In this document: positions 63,079-64,000 of the stretch, in pieces | Position numbering within the stretch: the first letter of the stretch is position 1 | Layout of the letters: the number at the start of each line of letters is the position of its first letter | NCBI GenBank assembly: GCA_963833985.1 | Contig: CAWIAD010000002.1 | Location: 6,560,001 to 6,624,000 of the forward strand | Reading direction: 5' to 3' | DNA length: 64,000 nucleotides | DNA from: an uncultured Planctomycetaceae bacterium | GTDB lineage: Bacteria; Planctomycetota; Planctomycetia; Isosphaerales; Isosphaeraceae | The notes under the pieces: generated by a model | Told to the model about the DNA's origin: nothing | The model's database searches: none | The model's input: the letters and a program-made list of their open reading frames with translations, nothing else | Position numbers and translations under genes: made by a program

Positions 63079-63933
63079 ATGGGAAGAGCACGAGCCCGGG
63101 GTCTCACGCTGCATCGCGGAACGGTTGCGCGACTTCTTTTCGTCGCGGTTGTGCTGCTGGCGCCGGGCACGGTGGTGCGGGCGGGACTGTCGCGCAAGGT
63201 CGATCCCGCGCAGGTGGTGCCGCTCGACCAGATTCCGGCCGAGTTTCGCGAGGGCGTGGCCGAGGTGATCCGCGATCACACGTTTCATCGCCAGGGTGAG
63301 TCCGAGTCGTTCCCCTGCAATCCGGGACTTTATCTCAGCCTGGTCAATGAGCCGGCGCTGACACTCGGGCTCTGGAAAGACCTCGCCGAGTCACCCGTGC
63401 AACTCAGGAGGCTTGGAGCCAACCGCTACCAGGGAGAGGATGGCATGGGGACCACCGCGACGTGGGACTTCGTGCTGCGCACGCCACGCCTCCACGTGAT
63501 GCTCGCGTACCTGAACTACGCCAGCCCGCGCAGCAACGCGCGCATCGATGCGCGGATTGTGCTCATCCTCCACACGGCCTACTTCCGAGAGCCGAACCAC
63601 GACACCTACGTCCAGCACGATGTGGAAGCGTTCGTGAAAGTGGATTCGCGGGGCTGGAAGACGCTGGCACGAACTTTTCGGCCGGTGATCGAGCGGCTCC
63701 TCGAAGACCAGATCCGCGAGGCCGGGCAGTTTGTCTCGATCATGAGCAAGCTGGTCGTGCGCCACCCGAACTGGGCCGTACAGATTGCGGCCGGCCAGCC
63801 CCTGCTCGATCACCAGGCACTGGGCCGGTTCCGCGAGCTCGTCGCCCAGAACCGCGTGCCGGGGGCATCGACGGGCCGCCCCGTGGTCATCGCGAGCTCC
63901 GGTGAAGACAGCGCAAACCCAAGTCGCCGATAA
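63079..63933 (+). CDS. Hypothetical exported protein
   Basis: GGAGA RBS, signal-like N-terminus and typical high-GC codon usage; no family recognised. Confidence 0.75.
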   Translation: MGRARARGLTLHRGTVARLLFVAVVLLAPGTVVRAGLSRKVDPAQVVPLDQIPAEFREGVAEVIRDHTFHRQGESESFPCNPGLYLSLVNEPALTLGLWKDLAESPVQLRRLGANRYQGEDGMGTTATWDFVLRTPRLHVMLAYLNYASPRSNARIDARIVLILHTAYFREPNHDTYVQHDVEAFVKVDSRGWKTLARTFRPVIERLLEDQIREAGQFVSIMSKLVVRHPNWAVQIAAGQPLLDHQALGRFRELVAQNRVPGASTGRPVVIASSGEDSANPSRR

Positions 63934-64000
63934 CTTTTCATATTCAAAGATGGCGACCGGCCGGACGGCCGCAAGCCATGAGCAGCGCTCTCTTGGTCCA

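Overview
GC-rich accessory region from a planctomycete, most likely Isosphaeraceae-like. This is inferred from the Ser/Thr kinase-ECF sigma cassettes, DUF1559, DUF1570 and HEAT proteins. It holds five Hanks-type kinases with TPR, WD40 or polytopic membrane C-termini, three ECF sigma factors, and an orphaned WD40 3' fragment. Mobile-element debris includes an IS701 3' end, an IS630 interrupted by an intact IS1634 with a clear target duplication, a decayed Mu/Tn552-like transposase-ATPase pair and a tyrosine-recombinase fragment. Cargo includes quercetin 2,3-dioxygenase, an MsrPQ-like pair, serine hydrolases, a D-aminoacylase, carbohydrate-related genes, catalase HPII, a Cys-rich hemerythrin and a 2123-aa polytopic membrane protein. 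About 16 frameshifts are 1-2 nt indels, mostly in G/C or (GC)n runs, and are probably long-read errors; three in-frame stops look like real decay. The strongest leads are: a possible pairing code between kinase N-terminal domain type and ECF type; an identically spaced promoter-like motif between each ECF43-type sigma and its kinase; a hidden serine hydrolase-D-aminoacylase fusion; and the giant membrane protein locus. No rRNA, tRNA or CRISPR array was seen. All family calls are by eye, without database searches.
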